Made by a program: the position numbers and the translations under genes. This document shows positions 31,692-42,528 of a stretch of DNA of 64,000 nt, piece by piece. This DNA is from Macrostomum hystrix (Eukaryota; Animalia; Platyhelminthes), in the NCBI GenBank assembly GCA_950097015.1, contig CATNEN010000012.1, forward strand, positions 2,728,001 through 2,792,000, written 5' to 3'. Below the pieces are notes generated by a model. The model worked only from the letters and a program-made list of their open reading frames with translations. It searched no databases and had not been told where the DNA came from. Positions within the stretch are counted from its first letter, which is position 1, and every line of letters starts with the position of its first letter.

Positions 31692-32364
31692 GCTTATTCC
31701 CACGGTCCCGTGCCGATAATTTCAATTTTATCCACACGGATCCATGCCAATAATTTTCTGCTTATCCACATGGCAGCTTGTATGAATAGGTCTACTTTCA
31801 AGTCCCTACCTATTCTTCTCTAAGCATAAAGCTTTTGCTTCAGAGTATAGTGTATAAGTGTACACTATCAATGCATAGTGTAAAATAATAACAATGATGT
31901 ATAATATGTGTGACAAGTTTGGTGCTGACTAGAATTCTACTGGTTGAATCATATGATTTTCTTTGATAGATTTCTTACTTTGTTGTAAGTCAATACAATT
32001 CGAATGAAAACACATAACTATGACAAAAGATTTAGTAAGTTGTTATTACAATAATTAAAAAGGATAACATTAGGCCTAATGTTGGTTAATGAATGTGTAG
32101 GTCAAAATGTAGAACACTGTCGTAACACACTGGCAACTTTGTCAATCTATTGGCTTGAGGGTTCAACAAAATGTTCAAACCCGAAAGGGCCTCGTTTCAA
32201 AGAACAGAACAGAGTGGATAAAATTGAAACTAACAGCACAACATATTTATATAAAGAGTTTTAGACCTATTCATACAAGCTGCCATGTGGATAAGCAGAA
32301 AATTATTGGCACAGATCCGTGTGGATAAAATTGAAATTATTGGCACGGGACTGTGGGAATAAGC
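31692..32364. mobile_element. MITE / non-autonomous DNA transposon with 103-bp terminal inverted repeats
   Basis: 31692-31794 is the near-perfect reverse complement of 32262-32364, with a non-coding AT-rich interior. No convincing TSD found. Confidence 0.8.
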
Positions 32365-32446
32365 CCTGCCTATTAAAAACTATGCTTGCTGCTATTTGAA
32401 AGCAAATGATTTTGGTTTACCCAAATTGCATACATTTTTATTCATA

Positions 32447-32501
32447 GGTACCGGATAAAACGCGGAAACGGACGTGGATCCGGACCGGACCTTACCTTAC
32501 C
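32447..32501. mobile_element. 55-bp miniature element with a 9-bp TSD (Merlin-like)
   Basis: GC-rich insert GGTACCGG...CCTTACC with GGTA/TACC termini, flanked by TTATTCATA (32438-32446 and 32502-32510) in AT-rich DNA. Confidence 0.65.
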
Positions 32502-33924
32502 TTATTCATATTAATTAAAATAGATATTACCTAAACATCAGCAGCTCTTCAAGCCATATTAAAAATATATAATATATAGGCCTACAGCTTTGGTCCAAAA
32601 AAGGCTGTAGTCTGTTGTGGTCCATTGTGGACTGGTCAATTTGATGTTACATGGACCCCTTTAAAACTATATAAAACAATCAGCTGTGCAAAGAAAAAAA
32701 CAATAAAAAATCTTGTTTCCTTGCAAACATTTAGTACAGGCCTTTAATATGCTTATGCTCTCTAATGTAATGTGTATTGGGTATCTCTTATGAAAATGAA
32801 TTTACATAATATAATTTAATATACATATCTGCTTGACAAGAAAACAAAAATTGTTTACTAGGCTACGACTACCAGGTGAAATCTATCACTTTTAATCACG
32901 ATATTTAAGATGCCTTAAATACAACAGTTCACAAAAGGACAACACCCTCAAACTCTTGAGCTGCCAAGAAACACAACGCAAAAGAGATTCACGGGAAACA
33001 AAATTACCGCTTCTGAAAAGTTTAATATTAGAAATAAAATTGTAAAAAATTATTCAACAATGAAAAGCATATTGAGTAATAATTATACGTCCGCCTTTGC
33101 ATTTATTCGCCTTAATATTCGTTTTAAATACTCTATCTTCTTGGCTCTAACTCAAGTTAGTAGCGTTTTATTTTTCACCCGATATGCAACCGTCTAGCCC
33201 TTAATACGGCACGTAGAAAAGGGGGCGACTAGACTGCGGTTCAGTCTAGTTCTTTGTTCTTTGCATGAAATATAAAAAATAATAGTGGGCGAGAAACTGA
33301 TGAATTAAAAGAAGACCTATCTAAGTAGACTTAGCTTATATCAGCTACTAAGCTTAAAATTGTTCGATAAAATGTGTCAAGTTACCAAGCAAGTCTCTGA
33401 ACGGAAGAATCGCAATTCTCAAAACCTGTGTTTTAATAATAAAATTCTGGAAATGCACAGATTTTTTAAAGTAAAAATAACACTTACTTCCATTGTCATC
33501 AATTAGAAAGACTAATCTGTTGCAGCTTTCTTGCGACATGCAGCTGCACTTCAGCTCTGGACGGCTGGGCGTCTTCTCGGTTGAGAACATTTCTCCCTAT
33601 TCAGATGTAATTGGTTAAGGCAGAAAAATCAAGTCGATTCTTTAATCAATATAAATAATAAATAATAGTAAATATTTCTGCAAGCAATTCTTACCTATTA
33701 CTGAAAAAAATTTTAAAATAGGTATATCACAGTCTGGGTTTTGTATCTTTGTTGGCATCTTTTTTTCGCAAAAAATACTTAAAATAAAATATTTTTTAAA
33801 CTTAATAAATTTATAAAACAATTAAAAATAGGGCCTTAAAAATCGCATCCAACCTTACAAAACGCATTCTGTAGTTAGTGAAAAAAACCCAGATCAAAAA
33901 AATAATGATGTGCAGAAAGCTTAC

Positions 33925-34385
33925 ATTCCATTCCAAAAAGCAATGCCATAGGAATTTCCCATGGGAAATGTCCTTGCAATTGTTGCAAAAATGTGCACTA
34001 CAATTGGAGCAGTACATGGTTCCAAGTTGCTCTTTGCACCTGATGCAGGTGAGGGGCATAAAATGCAACCTGTATGACTGGACGAGCACTGTTTGAGTGG
34101 TATGACACTCCCAAGGCTCTTGAACTGGGGCTGATTGAGTTTTGTCTTCTGGAGACTCAGAATTAAAATCAAAAGATGATTCTTCTTGAAGCTCCAACGT
34201 TGGCCCTTTTGGAGCAGAACCAAAAGATCCTATGCTGCTCAAATCAATTTGGCGAGCTGGACCTTCTCCTGGCATGCCCCTAACAAGCAATTTGGGCAAC
34301 CTTCGACGCATACACATGATAATTGCTGAAATTATGATCATATGATTGATGAGCAGATGATTGAAATCATATGAAATATATGATC
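33925..34385 (-). CDS. Exon encoding a B-box-type zinc finger
   Basis: CIRCKEQLGTMYCSNCSAHFCNNCKDISHGKFLWH has B-box Cys/His spacing. Acceptor TTTTACAG at 34386-87, donor GTAAGC at 33924 and an internal ATG at 34317. Confidence 0.6.
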
Positions 34386-34613
34386 CTGTAAAAGCAATAG
34401 TCAATAGAAAAAAAAAGATTTTTAATCATATGGATCAATCTCTCATTAGCTGCATCATAGGCCTATTTTAGGTCCAACTCTGATTCTAAATCGGCAATTT
34501 CTTAGTTTCCCGCGTTAAATTATTTTGTAAGTCCAAGCAATAAGCAATTAAGCAATAAGAAGTCCAAGTCCATATATAAAAGTCCAGGGGCCATAGATGG
34601 GATGTCAGGGATG

Positions 34614-35564
34614 TCAGACAGCTGGGTAGTAGTGCGCAATCCAGAACATGATGTTGCCAAACTGCTTGTGTGGAAACTGGCGGTGCCACATGTACTCTTG
34701 CAGGTACGTGTCAAAGAGCTTGTCACTCGTACCATGCATGGTGCGGAATTTCGCCTTGCAGCTCCCCCACATGCCTTCGACCAGGTTGGTGTGGATTTTT
34801 GGGTCATTGGGGTCGCGGAAGTGGAGCGAGTGGTTCACTGTGGCGTGGTTTCCGGGTAGTGCATTGTAGCAAGCCCACTGATCCATGATGATCCTCGTTC
34901 CAGGCAGCACATGTTGCGCAATCAGTGGCAGGAATGTTGCAGCTGATTGGCTATTGACTGGGATGAGGACACAATGACTGCTGCCTCGCTCAACCATGCC
35001 AAGCACCCAGTGGCCCTCGTGGTATGCACCGCAGTGGTACTTGCAGTGCATGAACTTGGATTCGTCAATCTTGATGTCAATTCTAGGTCCACCGAGCTCA
35101 GTTGGGTGGTCAATGAGCAACTGGGCACAGATGTCACGCACGAAATTGAACCAGTCCGTTATTATGTTCAGTGCAGTCCGCATCTCGTGAGCTGCATCTG
35201 TCTGACGTACATTGGCAGCCCAGAAGTATACAATGTCAATGAGCTGCACTAGAGTCAGGTGACTACCTTCAAAGAAGGAGCCCAGTCGAATTGACCGTTG
35301 CCTCCTGCAGGTCTTGCAGGCCCAGCAGACACCATCGACGTAGTCACGACCAGCTCAACGTTGGTAGCCACACTGTTCGCCTACGCAATGAGGGCACTCC
35401 ATTGAATTTCGCAGTAGGCCATACGTAGCGAGCCACTCCACTCCCATCTCACCAGTGAAGAGAGTCAGCTCCCGATGGTTCATGTTGAGGTCGCAGAGCT
35501 CAATGGTGGGCCTCAGAAGGTGTGGGTCAACGATGAAACGGCGTGCCTGAGGTTGTCTGGCCAT
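34614..35564 (-). pseudogene. Merlin (IS1595/ISXO2-like) DDE transposase with one in-frame stop
   Basis: Motifs KIDESKF, GHWVLGMVER, PGTRIIMDQWACY, TVNHSLHFRDP, HTNLVEGMWGSCK and YLQEYMW. An N-terminal Zn ribbon (CPHC...CWACKTC) is in the same frame, separated only by TGA at 35355-35357. ATG at 35564. Confidence 0.9.
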
Positions 35565-35667
35565 GATCAGCTGAAAAAAGCAAAAAAATAATTTAATGTG
35601 GGAAACTAAGAAATCACCTTCTAAATCTATATCTAGGTCCAAATGCAAACCAGTGCTATTTCAAATT

Positions 35668-35982
35668 GGTACCTGGACACTTTGTCATCTTACAACTTCG
35701 TCAGCCAGATGATGATCTGTCCAATATATCAGAGGGTAGATGACAAAGAGACTTAGACTTGTGGACACTTCATCATCTATAAAACAAAATTTTCAAAATT
35801 TGACAATTTAGAGTGTGAAGTGTGTTCATGCCTCTGCCCCACCATCCCACCCTCACTTTATTGATGACAAACTTGATTGCTTGTTATTAGTCAATGACAA
35901 ACTGACCAAACTTTAAAGCATGCCAATTGGTTGGATGACAAAGTGTCCTACCTTCCAAGTGGATGACAAAGTGTCTAGGATC
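35668..35982. mobile_element. Merlin-like MITE (315 bp) with a 9-bp TSD
   Basis: Imperfect TIRs GGTACCTGGACACTTTGTCATC / GATGACAAAGTGTCTAGGATC, flanked by TTTCAAATT at 35659-35667 and 35983-35991. Confidence 0.75.
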
Positions 35983-36294
35983 TTTCAAATTATAGCACCT
36001 TTAAGCTTTTCATGTAGCTTAAAACTGATTTGTTTTAAGCAAATGCTAGTATATGTAGTATATTTGTACATGCTAGTATTATTCTAGTATTATTCTAGTA
36101 TATATATATATATATATACAACTTCATCATCCAAACAAACGTCATATATATATATATATATGTCTAGCTAAACATTCATCTTATTAATGTAATCTATTTT
36201 CTTTAATTAGTATATACATTACTATCTATGTGACCCTTTTCTATAACTTCTATAACTAATATGTAATATTCCCCCTTGGTAATAATAAGTTATG

Positions 36295-36767
36295 GGCAAT
36301 GTTCTACTTCCGTTCGTTATATTATTTTTTGTTTGCAAACGACAGATAACGACAAAAAACAAGTTTAATGGTAACAAAAAGTCAGTAGTTTAATCAGACA
36401 GTTCTGAAAAGTCTTGGTTAGTATTTCTTCTTTCAAACCAGGTAAGTGCCTAATCCAGTAGAGGAGGGCACCAAAGCTATTCTTGGGGTATAGACAGCAC
36501 CATAAGAATTCTTCGAGGTGGCTTTCAAATAGAGCAGCACTCGTGCCATGCATTTGATGCAGCTTGGCCTTCGCGAAATCTTCAGCTGCAGAATTTCTAT
36601 GCCTTAGCTTCCTGTTCCCCCATATTTGCCAGATTTTGCCATAGACATAGATCCAAGTGTTAAGTCACGGCAAAGCCATGTCAGCACAACTTTTTCAAAC
36701 TCAGAATGCATGTGTGGCACGAATTCAAGCAAAAAAATAATATAACAAATGGAAGTAGAACATTGCC
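36295..36767 (-). mobile_element. Internally deleted Merlin element (473 bp) with an 8-bp TSD
   Basis: TIR GGCAATGTTCTACTTCC (17 bp perfect, ~40 bp imperfect). TSD AAGTTATG at 36287-36294 and 36768-36775. It carries a transposase C-terminal remnant, KAKLHQMHGTSAALFESHLEEFLW. Confidence 0.88.
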
Positions 36768-38429
36768 AAGTTATGTTGCCTTGGTCACCTATCTATGTAA
36801 AATTCTTAGTCATATAACCCTTTTCTTATTGCCAGTCATATTGCTATTAAGCTTATACCTCCCACTTCTACCATAGGTCATATTGCACTGTCCCCTTTCC
36901 TAGATATTTTTATCATCTCCTTCATACTAGCTTGTACTATTATATGCCACAGCTCATAAAACTTAAAACTAATAAGAAGCTTAAAGCTAAAGGGGTGAAA
37001 ACAAGAGGTAGAGGTAAGAAGGATAGGGAGAGGTAAGAATAAAAGATAAAAGATAAGAGGTGAGGAAGTGGCACCTGCCAGAAATTTTTCAAAATCTGAC
37101 AACATGGGGTTCAGAATCAAATATATTTAGAATCTAATTGAATATAGTGAATTCAACACCGGTCTTTGGATTTGTGCTGCATGGTACATGCAGTAGTAAG
37201 AGTAGCACATTTCTGCAGAGGCTTGTGGACACCCTACAAGAAGGCATGCAGAAGACTTCAGGGGCCCTGTTATTGAACCAATAGTCCACACTTCCACCAA
37301 ACCAGAGGAACCACCAGCCTTTCCAGGGTATGCTTAAGGGTGGGGAAATGGCACAAGAGCTCCTAATTCTGCAGTTCAACTCAAATGGCATCATCAGCTG
37401 TCTGATGAACTGAACTGGCCTACAGAACTGGCCTACTGTCTCAGCCTACGTCGTCCTACCGCAGTCTTTCCCCTGGTTGGGGTGTCTGATGCTCCCACCC
37501 CCTGCTGCCCACTGGCAGCATCGCGGGCATGTGGTGAAGTAAAGAAGAAGAAGCACATTTATGGACTGTCCTTAAAGCAACACCGACTGGTTGGGGACAC
37601 CTAGCCAGTTGACCCCAAGGAGGTGCGGCTCCTTGAGCCTCCTCAAGCTGGGACTTGTCCACGCATAGATCCACAGAAAGTTACATCCTGGCACATCCAA
37701 AAGCTCACCCACACCCAATGTGTAAAGGCACTGGAAGAGTGGACTTCTCACATCGCAAAGAAACTGCTGTAGATGCGACTGACTAGTTTCCCTGAGCGAC
37801 ACCCATCACTTTGACACCTGGTGATCTGGGGCAGCCAAATGGGCACCGCCTGCTTCCCCGCAGCACCCGCCAGCCCCTTGCAGCTAGATCCAAATCTAGC
37901 AAAGTGCACCCTTTGTGCCACTGCATCCCCATGGCACAGTGTAGCAACATCCACATACTTGTAGTGTACAAACCCCAGCGATAGTCCTGTTTGACTTTGT
38001 TAGTCCACCTCTAGCATCACATCATCCGACAGCCATATAACGGTGCCTGTCGGACGTGTGGCCTGGTGCACATTCAGCACGTGCTTGGCCTGGTAATGAG
38101 GTAGCGCACTCTTGGCCTGGTGTCAGTTCAGCGTGCGCTCAGCCTGGTGCTCAGTCAGCGCACGCTCGGCCTGGTAATGAGGTAGCACGCTCTCGGCCTG
38201 GCGTTGGTTCAGCACGCACTCTGAGTTTTGCTGCTGATGCGGGATGAAACGCAGCTGACTGCATCTCTTGTAAGCCTCTCGCCGAGCTGCGCCAGACAGC
38301 TTGCCGGGGTTGGGCAGAGGAGGGTGGAAACTGCCCTGTAGGCGTTCGTAGTGTACGCGTGAGCCCATGCCAGTGGTGGCCACAAAGCAAATATTTCAGC
38401 TTCACATGATTCTTACATAGTCACTTAAG

Positions 38430-40070
38430 GGTGGTGAAGTAAAAGTGCTGCAGATTCTCGAGTTGTTTAATAAAGGCTACAATATTTTTTTACAAGTAGA
38501 GGACACAGTACTGCCTGGGCACAGCATATCGCTGCCACGTCAGACCAAAATCCCGGTGCACAATCTCAAAGGCTTGTTTGCTAAACGTGCCTATTGCACT
38601 CCCAGTGACGGAACAGAATGTTCCCACGTGGTGCAACAGCACTAGCACTTTTGGGAAAATTGGCAAACCGAGCAGCTCGAATGTGGCCTTGAATCGGTCC
38701 TGGAAATCCGCGTGCAGTTTGGAGCCAAAGCAGCTGCTGACAACAGCTCACCAGACAGGAGCCGTAGTGCTTCAGTTGCTGCGGCAGGCAATTCTAAAGC
38801 TTGGCAGATCGTTGAAGCAGAGTGCGACATGCGTTTCCCTCTATGCTGCCGCTGCGGTATCCTACACGCACAATGCTATGATCATGCGCCTTCTGATAAG
38901 CGCAGTTGTCACCCCACAGTGTTCTAAGCATCGGAAATGCGATTTGTGATGCTAAGCATCAGCTGCAGCTCTGGTTTTGGCAGAATGAAGAGAAATTCTT
39001 CGTCATCATCTGCCTGAAGCAGAGAAGCCTCGACGCAGTTGAAAAAGTCCTTAGCAGTGTTTCGCACCTTGCCACTGCTTGCGAAATCCAGGGCCAGCTG
39101 CCGAATTCTGCTGATTGTCTGCACTGGACCGCAGGTGTCTAGCGGAACTGGAGCCTCGCAGTAGCAGCATGGATGCCTGGACGCATGCGATTGCAGTCCA
39201 CAGATGAGTTTGGCAACTTTCATATCGGCTGCTACTGCATTCACTGTGATGCCTCCAAGGCTTAACAGCTGGAAGAGTGCCTTTATATTGTCGTAGGACT
39301 CGGCCATTTCGGGCACAGCAGCAAGCAGCAGCAGCTTCTTGACTCCAGAATCGGCAAAAAAAATCGTGCTTGGTCGACTGATTTGGTTCGCTCTCACTTC
39401 GAGGTAGTAGGCTGACACAGATCTTGAAGAACTCGCCACCTCTGTCAAGTCCAAGCTTCACATCGATTCATGTCATGGCCTCTTTCAAAAGCAACCTTTT
39501 CGATGAAGCCTTTAACATAATTGCAAATGACAGCAATTTTTTTATCTTTGCTATCCACTTTTAGCAGACTGTGCACAAAGAAATCTTCCAGATTCCAGAC
39601 TTCTTACAGCAAGACTCGCTCCCAAGTTCGATTGTACAGCTCGCTTCCGCAAGATACTAGCCGCTCGTAGAGTTTGCCTGTTGCTCAGATTGAGTGCGAC
39701 TTTCAGTTGAAGCATCGTGGCTGGGGTCGCATAAGCCGATTTTCCTGAGCTGCTGGCTGCTTCAGGCTTACCCACAGTGACAGCCAGAGGCCTGCCTCCA
39801 TGTGCTCTTTTCAAAGTAACTGTGCTAGATCCGGCTGCTTGCAGCTTAGCTGCGATTTCGGTGCTGGCCACTTGCTCGGTTGTTCCAGGGCTCAGCTGGG
39901 TGCTTAAGTTAATCAGCTGCGTCGCCTTGTTGCAGCAATGAGACTTCCCTTTACCAATGGGCGAGTGACAGCCAGAACACAGCAGTTCAGGAGTCTGAGG
40001 TGCATCGCAATTTAGTGCAAGTTGTTTGGATTTGGAACAGCTGATGCCTTTAGTGCAAACATTCATACTC
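38430..40070 (-). pseudogene. Chapaev/Transib (RAG1-related) DDE transposase, central and C-terminal part, frameshifted
   Basis: Motifs spread across frames: KLGLDRGGEFFKIC, AADMKVAKLICGLQSHASRHPCCYC, PKPELQLMLSITN, GSIEGNACRTLL, FPKVLVLLHHV and FSKQAFEIVHRDF. These parallel the RAG1/Transib catalytic core blocks. Confidence 0.7.
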
Positions 40071-40278
40071 CCAAAGCTAAAGGCGGCAATAAAATTTGGC
40101 TATTTAGAGATAAGTTAGCAAGTTTTAGAAGCACTTAACTTCATAAATTAATTATAATATAGACAAATCAGTGCTAGTATTCAGAATAAAATACAGTCTG
40201 AAATCGTCTGTCTTGTGACATTATAAATTGTTCCTTACATCTATGCATAGCTCACATGTTCTATTCGAATTCAGAAAA

Positions 40279-40712
40279 ATGCCTAGCAGCCTAAAGAGCC
40301 ACGATGAGTGCCTTCGTAGTGCGTGCCTGCTTTACCTACGCAAGGCTGAGCGCTGTCTAAACGATGCAGCAGCGATTGAGCACTACATATCCTGCCAAAC
40401 TTCTTATCTGTGCAGCATTTTCTTCCTGTTGGAGTGTGTGAGGGCTGTCGCCGAATCGTGTCTTCGCTAGCCGGCCCATCGCCTCGTCCTTTGCCGCCAA
40501 GACTTCTCTACGAGCAAATACTTAAAGACTTTAGCAGCATCCCAGTCAGCAGAAGATCACAGCCTGACTGCCCATGTGAGATCTGCAGGATTGCTCGCAG
40601 CAACCTGCACAAAAACTCAGATCCATGCAGTATCTATGCAACTGGTTCGCTAAACTTTACGAGGGGCCGACCATCATCATCAGCTGTTCCAAATCCAAGC
40701 AACTTGCACTAA
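40279..40712 (+). pseudogene. N-terminal Zn-finger part of the same Chapaev-like transposase, in the opposite orientation
   Basis: H-x7-C (HDECLRSAC), PVGVCEGC and CPCEICRIAR resemble the Chapaev/RAG1 N-terminal Cys/His motif. One frameshift at ~40420. Shares a 48-bp inverted sequence with the minus-strand half. Confidence 0.6.
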
Positions 40713-40950
40713 AGGCATCAGCTGTTCCAAATCCAAACAACTTGCACTAAAGGCATCAGCTGTTAAAAACAACTTGGACCAAAGACATCAGCTGTTAAAA
40801 ACAACTTGCACTAAAGACATTAGTTGGAAAAAACAAGTTGGATTAAAGACATCAGCTGTTAACAACAACTTGCACTAAAGACATAGCTGAAAAAAACTAG
40901 TTGGACCAAAGTCATCCCATAGACAGCTCTTAAAAGCAACATGCACTCTC
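40680..40950. repeat. Degenerating ~38-bp tandem repeat (AACTTGCACTAAAGGCATCAGCTGTTCCAAATCCAAAC)
   Basis: About 7 copies with increasing divergence to the right. Confidence 0.8.
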
Positions 40951-40968
40951 GTTCCTTTGCAACTTCAG

Positions 40969-42528
40969 GCTGACTGGCCGCCAGTCCGACGACGCAGTGC
41001 CCGTGACTTTGGCGGTGGCGGAGTTCGCCGATCGCAGTCGTTCCAGCCCGGCTCTTCCCGACCGGTGGGCGCTGCAGCCACAGCCGACGACATTGCAGTC
41101 GATGCCCGCCTACTACTGGAGATTTTTCTACGCGATGCAGCCGCCACCTCTACCCCGCTAGCTACCATTGCCGAGCGAAGTGGCGACTGCCAGCAACAAC
41201 TGGAAGCAGAGGGTGCCCAAGCCCCGGCTACTCTGTCCGATCCTGGATGCGTTGCCTGCGCCGCGTGCATCGGCGATACTGTGCTCGAAGACATCGACAA
41301 TGGCGATGACGCCGTCGAGGTTGTCAGTTTCTCTAATCGGGTGCGCTCTTTCACCTTTAGCGAAGGAAATAACTGCGACGCAGACTGTGGCGACAATGTG
41401 CTCTGTAGGGGCGGCGGCGTTTCCCCAGCCGCCATCGCGGCCACTGTGGCAGCCGCCGCCATGCCGACATCGGCGTCGGCTAGTGGACGTCGGCGACGCC
41501 GGCCTATTGGTGGTGGCTTAGTAGAAATCGCATTCAATGTTGAGGCAGCGAAGCAGCGACACTCCAGTTTGCCAGGACGTGCGGGAGGGCGTCAGGTAAG
41601 TCGAATAGCATGACACACCAATCGCCGCTAATAGCTCAGAACCGTCGCTTCAGATATAATGATATAGCTGGATCTCCCTTTCACATTCGTTATCCTACAC
41701 TAAAGCTTAGCAAGTTTATCTCTAGCCAGTACTTAAACAACGAGATATTGAACCAAGCTTTAGTTAATCCCGCCCGTGCTTATCTTATTGTTTATTCAGT
41801 CGAATAGCTGCTGCCTGGAAGATGCTGCCAACGCTGTCTCGCGGGCCGCGGCTCGTCGACAGACTGCGGCTTACCCAATGCCGTTCGGTCACTCGCGTCA
41901 ACAGCAGCAGCGCCGGGCGAACGTTGTGCGCGATTTTCGCCGCGCCTGCTGGCATCATCAGCACAAGGTTCAGCATTATTGTCACCAGCATCAGCTCCAG
42001 CATCAACAACAGCAGAATTCTCAGCTGGTAATGCCGCTGCTGCCACCAGAAGACGACGAGGAGCAGCGCCTGGACCGGGTGGCCATGATGCTGGACCGCA
42101 TCGCTCGGGAGATTGGTCTAGGCAGTTTAGACAGCGCCGCCAGCAGCTCGGCCGCTGACGCTAATGCCGGATCCTTCAGCCTGGGCCGGGCTCTGCGCGC
42201 CAAATATCTGCGTTCGCGAGCTAAAACTAGTCCAGACGAGGAGGTTGTGTCTCCGGTGGACGTTGACGAACTGCTGGGCTCCCTGTCCAGTTATGAACAG
42301 TTTAGTCAGCAACTCACTCCAATGCTGTGCAACGGCCTCAAAGCCTGGCGCTGCGTCGCCGTGCTGTATCGCATCGCTCGCCTGCTGTGCAAGCGAAGGC
42401 CGGATTTGGCTGAGCTGGCCAAGTCAGTCTGTTTGCGCTACTTTGATGAGCACTACGCTATGTGGATTGTGCGCCGCGGTGGCTGGGAGGCCGTTGTGGA
42501 AGACACGGACGAGTCTGAACTAGACTAG
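40969..42528 (+). CDS. Bcl-2 family protein, Bcl-G/BCL2L14-like, no C-terminal TM; first exon not identified
   Basis: Exons 40969-41595 and 41800-42528 (phase 0, strong splice sites). BH4-like DARLLLEIFLRD, BH3-like RVAMMLDRIARE, BH1-like KAWRCVAVLYRIAR, and BH2 YFDEHYAMWIVRRGGWEAV with an acidic end ESELD*. Confidence 0.82.

Noticed and set aside
34614-35564. Bacterial IS1595 contamination or recent horizontal transfer
   Set aside because: Eukaryotic Merlin elements are established IS1595 relatives. This copy has a spliceosomal acceptor upstream and sits among related MITEs.
34570-35660. TIRs and TSD delimiting a full-length Merlin element
   Set aside because: One TIR-like end is near 34590 but I found no matching partner, so boundaries are not reported.
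38421-40190. CAC...GTG termini and TSD for the Chapaev-like element
   Set aside because: Only 3-7 bp matches (CACTTAA; ATAGT/CTAGT); not distinguishable from chance.
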